A stretch of DNA of 10,105 nt from Chloroflexaceae bacterium (GTDB lineage: Bacteria > Chloroflexota > Chloroflexia > Chloroflexales > Chloroflexaceae), in contig JAAURD010000160.1 of the NCBI GenBank assembly GCA_012034075.1, positions 1 to 10,105 on the forward strand, read 5' to 3'. Under the pieces are notes generated by a model. The model was not told the DNA's origin. It worked only from the letters and a program-made list of their open reading frames with translations, and searched no databases. The position numbers and the translations under genes are program-made. This document shows, one piece after another, positions 1 through 7,476 of this stretch (positions are counted from its first letter, which is position 1; each line of letters begins with the position of its first letter).

Positions 1-229
1 GCGCAATTGCTGCCGCCGCAAGGATGCCACCGGCAAAGAGGGCAACACCGATAAAATAGATGCCAAAGGCAATACCGGTAAGCCAGCCAAACCCTCGACG
101 GTCTTTGGGAATAGCGACCGGTACGAGCGAACCCTCTTCGCCGCTGCGCATCACCTGGCGAATGTTTTGCCAGGTGGCAACGACCTCTTTAATTTTGGAG
201 AAATCGGCTTTGGTTGCAGGTAGGGTCAT
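1..229 (-). CDS. hypothetical small membrane protein, 3' partial (continues beyond window start)
   Basis: The minus-strand ATG at 229..227 overlaps the TGA stop (228..226) of the upstream SPFH gene as ATGA, which suggests translational coupling. The frame stays open to position 1. It translates MTLPATKADFSKIKEVVATWQNIRQVMRSGEEGSLVPVAIPKDRRGFGWLTGIAFGIYFIGVALFAGGILAAAAIA..., ending in a clear hydrophobic transmembrane stretch. It is missing from the ORF track only because it has no stop inside the window. Confidence 0.45.
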   Translation of the reverse strand, partial: MTLPATKADFSKIKEVVATWQNIRQVMRSGEEGSLVPVAIPKDRRGFGWLTGIAFGIYFIGVALFAGGILAAAAIA

Positions 230-1752
230 AATACAGTCTCCTCCACTTTTTCGGCCAGCGCGAGTTTTTCCTCTTCCACCAGCTTGTTAATCTGGGCCGA
301 ACGTTCCTTGATCCGCGCCGTAACCTCGTTGCTGCGTTCACGTATGGTACGCATATCTTCGTTGGTAAACAGGCTGCTCTCCTGAAGCCCGAGCATCTGG
401 CGCGCAATCTGCATAAAGTCAATTTGCTGTTCGCTCTCTGGGCCGATATGCACCACGCTGGGCAGATTGCCGCTGATATTGTGCATTTTGTTGAGTATCT
501 CTTGCTGGAAGCGGTATTCCAGAATTTCGGGGTAGTACGCTGCACTCAGGGCGCGAATATCGAGTGCCTGCGCTTCCAGCATCGCAGCATTGGCCTTCGA
601 TTCGCTCTCGGCTTCGATCATCAGCTGACGGGCATATGCATTGGCGCGATTGAACTCTTTTTCGCGGGCAGTATCGATCTGGGCCTGATAGCGGGCAATC
701 TCAGCGCGTATCTCCGATTGGGTCTCTTGCAGCGATGCCAGTTCGCGGTTAAAGTCGCCCTCGTCCTGCTCTTTGCGCAGTTTGAGTTCATACTCGTAGG
801 TGTAGGCCTCTTTGGCCACACGGACCATTTCCGGAGCAGCCAGGTCCATGCGGTACTGCTGGCTGGAAGGCTCGGCATGGGTGATGTTGGCATTGACAAA
901 ACGCACCGCGGGCAAAAATTGCTTGTTCAGCGTATCGAGCAAGGTCTGGGTGCTTTCGCCGACTAGATCATAAATCGCTTCGGCCTTTTGCTCGTAGATC
1001 AAGGCACGGGTCACCTCGCTGATCGCGTTTTCGAGCTTTTCGGCAAACCCCTGGGCGCCGCCAAGGGTGAAGATAAACTCGGCCGGGTTTTCTACCCGAA
1101 ACTGCAAGAAGAGATCAACCGAGGCATTCACGCGACCTTCGGTGGGAGCTTCACGAATAGGTGCGTTGTACGGATACTCTTTGGTGATATTGACAATATA
1201 GCTCACTTTGCGCCACGGGCTGAAGAGCGTCGTCCGCCCGGCATCAACGACCTCTTCTAATTTGCCAAATCGTGTGATGAGCGCCTGACAGCCGTCAGGG
1301 ACCATGATGTAGCTGTTTTTCCAGATATTGAAACCAATATAGCCAACCAGTAAAATCCAGTAATGGATACCAAAAAGAACATTGGCAATATTACTATCGA
1401 TAAATATATCGAGGACGGCATCGAGTGTACCGGCTGCAAACCAGCCCGCAATACCAAAGCCAGCCAGCAGAAAAACGCCCACCAGCCAGCCCATCGGACG
1501 GCTATGTTTGGGCACAACCACCGGCGATATCACATTGGTATATTGTCCCGAGGGCTCATGGCGGGGAAAACTGCGGTTGAGCACTTCGGCTGCTTCGGTC
1601 AGTGATACCGACATCTGGGCAATTTGCGTAACCGCCGATTTTTCCTGTTCACGGGCCGAGAGAAAATCCTCGGCATCAATGCGAAATTGCTCAAACTCTT
1701 CGCTCTGGGCAACTTCACCAATGGCTGAGGCAATTCGTTTGAACTGTTGCAT
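226..1752 (-). CDS. SPFH/band-7 (stomatin/prohibitin/flotillin/HflKC) domain membrane protein, flotillin-like
   Basis: The 524-aa ORF 226..1800 has a roughly 100-aa cytoplasmic N-terminus followed by two hydrophobic segments (GWLVGVFLLAGFGIAGWFAAG, VLFGIHYWILLVGYIGF). An SPFH core follows (YIMVPDGCQALITRFGKL...TLFSPWRKVSYIVNITKE...VDLFLQFRV), then a long Ala/Glu/Gln-rich coiled coil typical of flotillins. The preferred start is ATG 1752..1750 (MQQFKR...), which is preceded by AAGGGAG at a good Shine-Dalgarno spacing. ATG 1800 is the alternative. Confidence 0.85.
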   Translation of the reverse strand: MQQFKRIASAIGEVAQSEEFEQFRIDAEDFLSAREQEKSAVTQIAQMSVSLTEAAEVLNRSFPRHEPSGQYTNVISPVVVPKHSRPMGWLVGVFLLAGFGIAGWFAAGTLDAVLDIFIDSNIANVLFGIHYWILLVGYIGFNIWKNSYIMVPDGCQALITRFGKLEEVVDAGRTTLFSPWRKVSYIVNITKEYPYNAPIREAPTEGRVNASVDLFLQFRVENPAEFIFTLGGAQGFAEKLENAISEVTRALIYEQKAEAIYDLVGESTQTLLDTLNKQFLPAVRFVNANITHAEPSSQQYRMDLAAPEMVRVAKEAYTYEYELKLRKEQDEGDFNRELASLQETQSEIRAEIARYQAQIDTAREKEFNRANAYARQLMIEAESESKANAAMLEAQALDIRALSAAYYPEILEYRFQQEILNKMHNISGNLPSVVHIGPESEQQIDFMQIARQMLGLQESSLFTNEDMRTIRERSNEVTARIKERSAQINKLVEEEKLALAEKVEETVL

Positions 1753-1828
1753 GATCGTCGCTCCCTTGTTCGTCAACTCTTTGGATTGTATCCAGACCAT
1801 ACGTTTCAGTCATCATCGTTCTTGCACT

Positions 1829-1856
1829 ATAGTACCACATGATACGGGTTATGTCA
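1829..1856 (-). promoter_or_regulatory. candidate sigma70-type promoter for the SPFH operon (-35 TGACAT, 16-nt spacer, extended -10 TGgTACTAT)
   Basis: Read on the minus strand, ...aTGACATaacccgtatcatgTGGTACTATagtgcaag... lies just upstream of the SPFH start codons. This is a pattern match only. Confidence 0.3.
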
Positions 1857-1952
1857 TGGTTTCATGCCATTGCACCAGTTTCCCTGCCAGTTTCCCCCTG
1901 GACGGATCAGATTCTCCGTACAACCAAAAACCGACCAGAATCCCGTTCCACG

Positions 1953-1971
1953 TGTTGCAGTAGGTGCAACA
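1953..1971. promoter_or_regulatory. perfect inverted repeat TGTTGCA-gtagg-TGCAACA, candidate operator for the downstream HTH/WYL regulators
   Basis: A 7-bp perfect palindrome with a 5-bp spacer sits in the divergent intergenic region. The half-site TGTTGCA/TTGCAA recurs at about 1989, 2019 (overlapping the ATG of the small HTH ORF), 2186, 2251 and 2282 (TGTTGCT). A -10-like TATACT lies at 1981..1986 immediately downstream. Confidence 0.4.
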
Positions 1972-2025
1972 TCGCCCCGCTATACTGGTTGCAAGAAAAG
2001 CGCATACAACAATGGAGGTGTTGCA

Positions 2026-2241
<216 letters not shown>

Positions 2242-2349
2242 TCTCTGGCTGTTGCAGAACATGCATGGTTTTGTGGAAAAGTGTTGCTATTTGTCACGAC
2301 ATCGTATGCTATGCTGGATATGCATGGGATAACAGGAAGGATGACAACG

Positions 2350-3405
2350 ATGACTCTCAATAAAGCTATCATCAAATCGGAGGGACTGGACCAACTGAAG
2401 CGCTACTTGCTCACGGGGCGCAAGACCCGCAGTGAGCTTCAGGATTTGCTCGGTATTGACCGTACTACGTTGTGGCGCTGGATTCGTTCGCTTGAGCGGA
2501 ATGAATATGCTATTGATACAGATGAGCAGGGACGGTTGTTTATAGATCGCAATACGTACCTGACCTCGCTTAAACTCTCTGCGCAGGAGAGCGTGTTGTT
2601 GATGCTGGCTTTGCGGCTCTTCCAGCAGTATAACGATAAGCCACAGCATGCGGCGGTGGAGATGCTGCATAAGCTGGGCACGCAGCTGATGCATGGGGTT
2701 GCTACGGTGGTTGGCCCGCATGTGATTGCGCTGGCTGAGGCGCAACGGGCGGGTCTGAGCCAGCAGCGCACCGATGCGGATCGACGGATGGAGGCGATTG
2801 GGACTGCCTGGCTTACCAGTCGCAAGCTGCGCATCTTCTATCGTCCCTTACACGCCCATCGCCCATTTGAAGAGGTCTTTCATCCGTATATGCTTGAGCC
2901 TTCGGCGATTGGCCGCAGCACCTATATGATTGGCTATTCGGAGCTGGTTGATGGGTTACGGGTGCGTAAAGTTGAACGGCTGCAACGCACACCTATTGTT
3001 GAAGATGACACATTTGAGATAGCAAAAGACTTTGATATCCATCGGCTGCTTTCGGGGGCATGGGGCATCTGGTTTGATGCCGATGAGCAACCGACCACAG
3101 TGACCCTGCGCTTCTCTACCTATGTGGTGCAGCGAGTTGAGGAGACCCGCTGGCACCCTACCGAACGCAAGGTGTATGATGCGGAAGGGCGCCTGGTGTG
3201 GACTGCTGAGATTGATACGGTAGAAGAGATGCTGCCGTGGATCCGTGGCTGGGGCGCGGATTGCGAGGTGATTGAGCCAGCTGCGATACGTGACCAGATA
3301 ATCGCCAATGTGAAGCGGATGGTACGGCTGTATGGCACACCCATTGGCGCAACACCGACGGATGGCCTTGATCTTGATGTACTCGGTTCACTGTTTGGAG
3401 CATAA
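2350..3405 (+). CDS. WYL-domain transcriptional regulator (wHTH - WYL - WCX architecture; BrxR/CapW/PafBC-like)
   Basis: The listed ORF starts at GTG 2281. The preferred start is ATG 2350, with Shine-Dalgarno AGGAAGG (2334..2340) at 9-nt spacing, and the MTLNK start mirrors MFGNK of the upstream paralog. There is an N-terminal wHTH. A WYL-like core follows: RKLRIFYRPLHAHRPFEEVFHPYMLEPSAIGRSTYMIGYSELVDGLRVRKVERLQ. A C-terminal WCX-like region follows: TVTLRFSTYVVQRVEETRWHPTERKV...LPWIRGWGADCEVIEPAAIRDQI. The stop TAA 3403..3405 lies 2 nt before the next gene's ATG. Confidence 0.85.
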   Translation: MTLNKAIIKSEGLDQLKRYLLTGRKTRSELQDLLGIDRTTLWRWIRSLERNEYAIDTDEQGRLFIDRNTYLTSLKLSAQESVLLMLALRLFQQYNDKPQHAAVEMLHKLGTQLMHGVATVVGPHVIALAEAQRAGLSQQRTDADRRMEAIGTAWLTSRKLRIFYRPLHAHRPFEEVFHPYMLEPSAIGRSTYMIGYSELVDGLRVRKVERLQRTPIVEDDTFEIAKDFDIHRLLSGAWGIWFDADEQPTTVTLRFSTYVVQRVEETRWHPTERKVYDAEGRLVWTAEIDTVEEMLPWIRGWGADCEVIEPAAIRDQIIANVKRMVRLYGTPIGATPTDGLDLDVLGSLFGA

Positions 3406-3407
3406 CG

Positions 3408-5960
3408 ATGATACACAAACCGTTTGATCTGCGCCCATTTCAAGAACGTGTTTTTGCGACATTGATGGCCGGGCAGAGCGTTATCTTGCAGGCGCCCACG
3501 GGGGCGGGCAAAACTCGTGCGGCGCTGGCGCCCTTTTTGCAAAACCTGGCCCATATGGGTGATCGGCTACCGCTGACCTGCCGCTATGCGGTGCCGCTGC
3601 GTGTGTTGGCACGTCAGTTTTTTGCTGAATATCATCTTTATGGGGAATGGATTGATGCGAAGATGAATACGCGGCTGTGTGAGACATACAAGCAGTTTGG
3701 GCAGGAACCGGTGCGGATCCAGATTGGCGAGCAGGCCGATGATCCGCATTTTGAGGCAGCGCTCACCTTTTGTACGATTGACCAGTTGCTTGCCAGTGCT
3801 TTGGGCGTGCCTTATAGCGCTGGGGGGCGGCGAGCAAACCTTAATGTGGGGGCGATTGTGGGCAGCTATCTGGTGTTTGATGAGTTTCATCTCTTCCCAT
3901 ACGAGCAGGGCAGTGGCGCACGTCTGACGACGCTGCAACTGTTGCGGATGACGCGGCTGCGAGCGACCTATCCGTTGGTGCCGTTTGTGCTGATGACGGC
4001 GACGTTTTCGACGACGCTGTTGGAGCAGTTGGCGACGCTGCTGGATGCGCAGGTGATCAGCCCGCTGCCAGAGGTTGATCCGCTGGCGGGCACAGATGAA
4101 CTGGATGCGCTTAATGCTGGGCGTGAGCGCTCTTTCTTTCTTCATGAGACGCCGCTTTCGGCGCAGGCGGTGCTGGCAGCGCATACGGATAGCTCGCTGG
4201 TGGTGTGCAATACCGTGCGGCGTAGCCAGCAGATGTACCAGCAATTGCGTGAGCAGCTCGAGCAGGAGGGGCGGCCAACGCGGCTGTTGCTGTTGCATAG
4301 TCGCTTTACGCCGGATGACCGCGGATGGTTGCAGGAACAGCTGGAAGCAGATTTGAACAAGGCAGCCTGGCAGCGCGAGCGCCAGCGTGATGTGATTGTG
4401 GTAGGCACGCAGGTTATGGAAGTGGGCTTAGATATTTCGGCGAGCCGGTTACACAGCGAGATAGCGCCGGCGAGTAGTCTGATTCAGCGGGCGGGGCGTT
4501 GTGCGCGGTTTGCCCAACAGCGGGGCGAGGTGCATGTGTACCCGCTTGATGCTGAAACGAGAACTCTACCCTATAAAACTGACCTCTGTGAGGTGACTTT
4601 GCAGGCCTTGGCGGAGTATGACGGGCGGCATGTTGGTTTTCGTGAGGAGCAGGGTCTGATTGACGCGGTGCATACCACAGAGGATAGCGCGATGCTGGAG
4701 CAGTTGGGACGCACCGACCAGGAGATAAAAGAGCGCGTGGTTGCTGGCTGGAGTGCTGATTCGGAGCAGATTGGGAAGATTCGCTCGCAGCTGATTCGGG
4801 ATGTGCAGCAGGTGTCGATTATTATTCACGATGATCCGAAGAGTGCGATCACGGAGCGGCCCTGGCAGTGGGAGAGCTTTGGCTTGTCGCCCTATTTGCT
4901 GACTGGGGCGTGGGATGCGCTGGATGACTACTGGGGAGAACATGGCAATGGCGAGGCATGGTGTCTGAAGCCGGTGGCGTTTGAGAGCGCTGATGAAGCC
5001 GGTGAGCGGATGCAGGTGCGGTATGCATGGGAGTCCGTTGCTCAAGCAGAAGTATCATCCACACCGATGATTGCGCTACCATCGGCGCTGGCGACGTATG
5101 ACTCGCCGAAGACGGGCGGGGGGTTGGGCTTTCTGCTGCGTGATGGCGGCCTGGAGCTGAGCAATTGGCCGGCTTACACGAGCAAGCCGCGTGGCAGTGA
5201 TCAGCGCCAACGGAGCAACCGGGGCTATGAGCAGGAGAGCTATACCGATCATATTAGTGGGCTGTTACGGGCATATCAGCGCTCACTGCTGCAACAGCAA
5301 CTGGCTTACCCGGCGCGGGTGTTGGAGGCGGTGCTGGGTTTGCCGGCTGGCAGCATCGATCAGGCGATACGACTGGCGATTGCGTGCCACGATATTGGCA
5401 AGCTGGGCACGAAATGGCAAGGCTGGTGTGAGGCGTGGCAAACGCTGCTGGCCGAACAGCGGGGGCAGCTGTATGCGGCTCAGCCGGGCAAACGGCCCTT
5501 TGCGCATACCGATTTTGATGGTTCGACGGAGATGTATCAGTTGCAGCGCATGGTTAAGTCGTCTCGTCCCAACCATGCCTGTGAGAGCGCGGCACTGGCA
5601 GCGTACTTTGTTGAGGAGACGTTGATTGCGGCTGCAGATGACAATAAAGCCACTGCAATGCTGGCATGTGCGACGGTTGCGGCGATTGCGCGGCACCATG
5701 CTGCTACATCGTCGAAGTATGGTCCTATCACATTGGTTGCTGGTGCGGTTGATGTTATCCGTGAGAATCTGGAGCTGGTGCGTCAAGGGCAGTCCTGGAG
5801 CTATGATTTGGCCCATATGGATGTAAAGTTGCATGAAGATGGATACTTAGCGGAAGACCGTATGACATTACCTACGGAAGTGAATGTACAGGAGACTCTG
5901 TTGTATTTTGTGCTGGTGCGGGTGCTGCGTCTGGCGGATCAGCGCTCGTTTGATTTTTAA
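3408..5960 (+). CDS. cas3: Cas3-like SF2 DExH helicase with C-terminal HD nuclease domain (type I-G/I-U-like domain order), orphan
   Basis: ATG 3408 is preceded by GGAG (3397..3400) at 7-nt spacing. The helicase motifs are the Q-motif RPFQERV, motif I QAPTGAGKT (aa 28-36), motif II VFDEFHLF (aa 156-163, DEFH as in Cas3), motif III MTATFS, motif IV LLLLHSRF, motif V VVGTQVMEVGLDIS, and motif VI LIQRAGRCARF (aa 358-368). The C-terminal HD-superfamily ladder is H615 (DHISG), H661-D662 (IACHDIGKLG, nt about 5388..5393), H700 (AHTDFDG), H723 (NHACESAA), and H763-H764 (ARHHAAT). No other cas genes or array are in the window. Confidence 0.85.
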   Translation: MIHKPFDLRPFQERVFATLMAGQSVILQAPTGAGKTRAALAPFLQNLAHMGDRLPLTCRYAVPLRVLARQFFAEYHLYGEWIDAKMNTRLCETYKQFGQEPVRIQIGEQADDPHFEAALTFCTIDQLLASALGVPYSAGGRRANLNVGAIVGSYLVFDEFHLFPYEQGSGARLTTLQLLRMTRLRATYPLVPFVLMTATFSTTLLEQLATLLDAQVISPLPEVDPLAGTDELDALNAGRERSFFLHETPLSAQAVLAAHTDSSLVVCNTVRRSQQMYQQLREQLEQEGRPTRLLLLHSRFTPDDRGWLQEQLEADLNKAAWQRERQRDVIVVGTQVMEVGLDISASRLHSEIAPASSLIQRAGRCARFAQQRGEVHVYPLDAETRTLPYKTDLCEVTLQALAEYDGRHVGFREEQGLIDAVHTTEDSAMLEQLGRTDQEIKERVVAGWSADSEQIGKIRSQLIRDVQQVSIIIHDDPKSAITERPWQWESFGLSPYLLTGAWDALDDYWGEHGNGEAWCLKPVAFESADEAGERMQVRYAWESVAQAEVSSTPMIALPSALATYDSPKTGGGLGFLLRDGGLELSNWPAYTSKPRGSDQRQRSNRGYEQESYTDHISGLLRAYQRSLLQQQLAYPARVLEAVLGLPAGSIDQAIRLAIACHDIGKLGTKWQGWCEAWQTLLAEQRGQLYAAQPGKRPFAHTDFDGSTEMYQLQRMVKSSRPNHACESAALAAYFVEETLIAAADDNKATAMLACATVAAIARHHAATSSKYGPITLVAGAVDVIRENLELVRQGQSWSYDLAHMDVKLHEDGYLAEDRMTLPTEVNVQETLLYFVLVRVLRLADQRSFDF

Positions 5961-5976
5961 ATGGGGGGGTGTGAGC

Positions 5977-6067
5977 GCGGTCGTCCCGACCGCAACCCCT
6001 CACCCCGACCCCTCTCCCACAAGGGGAGAGGGGAGCAGTACGCTCGGGTCAGGGTGCTTTTTTTATT
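5977..6067 (+). terminator. GC-rich double hairpin plus T-run at a convergent gene junction (candidate terminator for the cas3-like gene)
   Basis: Hairpin 1 is GCGGTCG-tcc-CGACCGC (5977..5993). Hairpin 2 has a 10-bp stem CCCCTCTCCC (6009..6018) pairing GGGAGAGGGG (6024..6033) around a 5-nt loop. The run cTTTTTTTaTT follows at 6058..6067. The T-run lies about 25 nt after the second hairpin, so this is not a textbook intrinsic terminator. The minus-strand GrpE-like gene stops at 6076. Confidence 0.4.
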
Positions 6068-6075
6068 CTGCTCAT

Positions 6076-7068
6076 TTACGACTGGTGCGATGCAGCCATG
6101 GTGGTTACTGCTACTTCGGCGTGGCGCAACACCTGGTTGCCCACCATGTAACCACGGCGCAGTTCGCTGGCTACTATCCCGGCCCGATCATCTTCGGCAA
6201 CGGGAACAACATCCATGGCAATATGGATATTCGGGTCAAATGGCTGGCCCTGGGCTTCAATCGGGTAGACCTGATCGGCGGTGAGGAGGCTCAGCAGGCG
6301 CTCTTGCATAAAGGTGACGCCAACCAGCCAGGATTGCAACGATTGGCGCAACCCACTCGCGTGCTCATACAGCGCAACGGCGGATGGGTCTGGCTCAGAC
6401 GATGCAGGCTGGGGTGTGGATCGGTGGAGCAAGCGCTCGAACAAGGAGGGATCAGACGATGCAGGCTGCTTGTTCGGTAGCGTTGGGTCGGGGGGGAGCG
6501 GTTGGTCGAGCAACTGCTGACCGGCGCGGATCGCTTCATCCATGCTATCAAGCACGGGCAAGAGCGAACGAATCAGATCGAGACGTGCCTGTGTGCGGAT
6601 GTTTTCCTGCTGTTTGCGCAGAGCTGCCATTTCTTCATTGCGGCGCTGGTCTGTCGCACGGAGTTGTTCCAACGCCTGGGTCAGCTGTTCCTGCTGGGTT
6701 TCGGTGAGGGTATTGGCTTTCAGTTGCTCACGACCGGAGCGACCAATCTGCTTTTCCAGTGCGGTGAGCACGCGTTGCAGCCCTTCTACCTGTTCGCTAT
6801 TGTTGGTACTGATAGTGGCGGGCAAGCGCTCGACATGGGCAGACAGATGGTTGAGCTGATCGGCAAGGGTTGTTTGCATGGTGTGCAACTGTCGGGTTAC
6901 CTGGGTCAGTTGGGTATCGAGCTGGTGCAACTGGGTCTGGGTATGCTCTAGACGGGGACGACTGGTGGCGGTCGTTGGCAGCAGGCGGACTATGAGCCGC
7001 CGCAGATGGGCCGACCAGCCCGACTCGTTTTTGGTGGGTTGCTCGTACTGGTAAGATGGATTGGTCAC
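6076..7068 (-). CDS. grpE: GrpE-family nucleotide exchange factor, atypical (long N-terminal coiled coil, Pro-rich insertion)
   Basis: The C-terminal half carries the GrpE signature blocks LLPVLDSMDEAI, GQPFDPNIHIAMDVVPV, and RRGYMVGNQVLRHAEVAV (compare E. coli LLPVIDSLDRAL / PLDPNVHQAIAMV / QKGYTLNGRTIRAAMVTV). The N-terminal roughly 150 aa is Q/T/L-rich coiled coil. A roughly 60-aa Pro/Ser-rich insert (QPLPPDPTLPNKQPASSDPS...PQPASSEPDPS) sits between the first two blocks. The start is a GTG at 7068..7066 overlapping the TGA of the upstream J-domain gene (GTGA), so the start is uncertain. Confidence 0.75.
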   Translation of the reverse strand: MTNPSYQYEQPTKNESGWSAHLRRLIVRLLPTTATSRPRLEHTQTQLHQLDTQLTQVTRQLHTMQTTLADQLNHLSAHVERLPATISTNNSEQVEGLQRVLTALEKQIGRSGREQLKANTLTETQQEQLTQALEQLRATDQRRNEEMAALRKQQENIRTQARLDLIRSLLPVLDSMDEAIRAGQQLLDQPLPPDPTLPNKQPASSDPSLFERLLHRSTPQPASSEPDPSAVALYEHASGLRQSLQSWLVGVTFMQERLLSLLTADQVYPIEAQGQPFDPNIHIAMDVVPVAEDDRAGIVASELRRGYMVGNQVLRHAEVAVTTMAASHQS

Positions 7069-7412
7069 AGGGTTACCTTCTGATACTGCTCACGCCAATC
7101 GGTGCGACACAGGTCGCTCATGACACGGGCTACGGTCAGAACATCTTCGGTATGGAGGGTGAGATCAAAGTCGGCCTGACGTTGTTTGCGTGATGGCGCG
7201 GACCATTCGTTGAGCAGGAGCATATCGGTTTCGATGCGCTTTTCGGGGTCACGCAGCGATTCGTAGGCGGCACGAATGCGTTTAAACATGGCCGGATCAC
7301 GTTCGGGCGGGTGCGCCTTGACCTGGGCAAAGTAGGCTTGCTTGATCTCGGCCAGGGTTGCACTCTGTGGTATGTCCAATACGGTATAGGGATTGTTATA
7401 GGTTGATTTCAT
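7065..7412 (-). CDS. small J-domain (DnaJ-like) protein with non-canonical HPP in place of HPD
   Basis: The 115-aa product begins NPYTVLDIPQSATLAEIKQAYFAQVKAHPPERDPAMFKRIRAAYESLRD, which has J-domain helix II/III topology. The invariant His-Pro-Asp position reads His-Pro-Pro (cac ccg ccc on the minus strand, equal to plus 7305..7313 gggcgggtg). It has no Gly/Phe region, zinc finger or C-terminal domains. The stop overlaps the GrpE-like start. Confidence 0.7.
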   Translation of the reverse strand: MKSTYNNPYTVLDIPQSATLAEIKQAYFAQVKAHPPERDPAMFKRIRAAYESLRDPEKRIETDMLLLNEWSAPSRKQRQADFDLTLHTEDVLTVARVMSDLCRTDWREQYQKVTL

Positions 7413-7476
7413 AGAACACCATGGTTGATGATTGTGAACAGTCTATGTGTATTAGGAAACTGGTTGTCTGATTGGG

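Noticed and set aside
424-1963. Long plus-strand ORFs (424..966, 988..1260, 1382..1963) opposite the SPFH gene
   Set aside because: They lie antisense to a gene with clear SPFH homology, have no start signals and give low-complexity products. They are typical GC-rich antisense artefacts.
2291-2311. TTGTCA ... TATGCT as a promoter for the WYL gene
   Set aside because: The spacing between the hexamers is only about 9 nt, which is not compatible with a sigma70 promoter. The WYL gene is more likely co-transcribed from the promoter near 1981 or from an unrecognised one.
3567-4298. 243-aa Arg/Gln-rich minus-strand ORF and other antisense ORFs inside the cas3-like gene (4566..5045, 5283..5834)
   Set aside because: They are antisense to a gene with a full set of helicase and HD motifs, and their low-complexity R/Q/H-rich translation is characteristic of non-coding frames in GC-rich DNA.
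5884-6551. Plus-strand ORFs 5884..6480, 5961..6284, 6281..6520 and minus-strand ORF 6291..6551 crossing the hairpin/terminator region
   Set aside because: They read through the convergent terminator hairpins and overlap the well-supported GrpE gene, and they show no recognisable domains.
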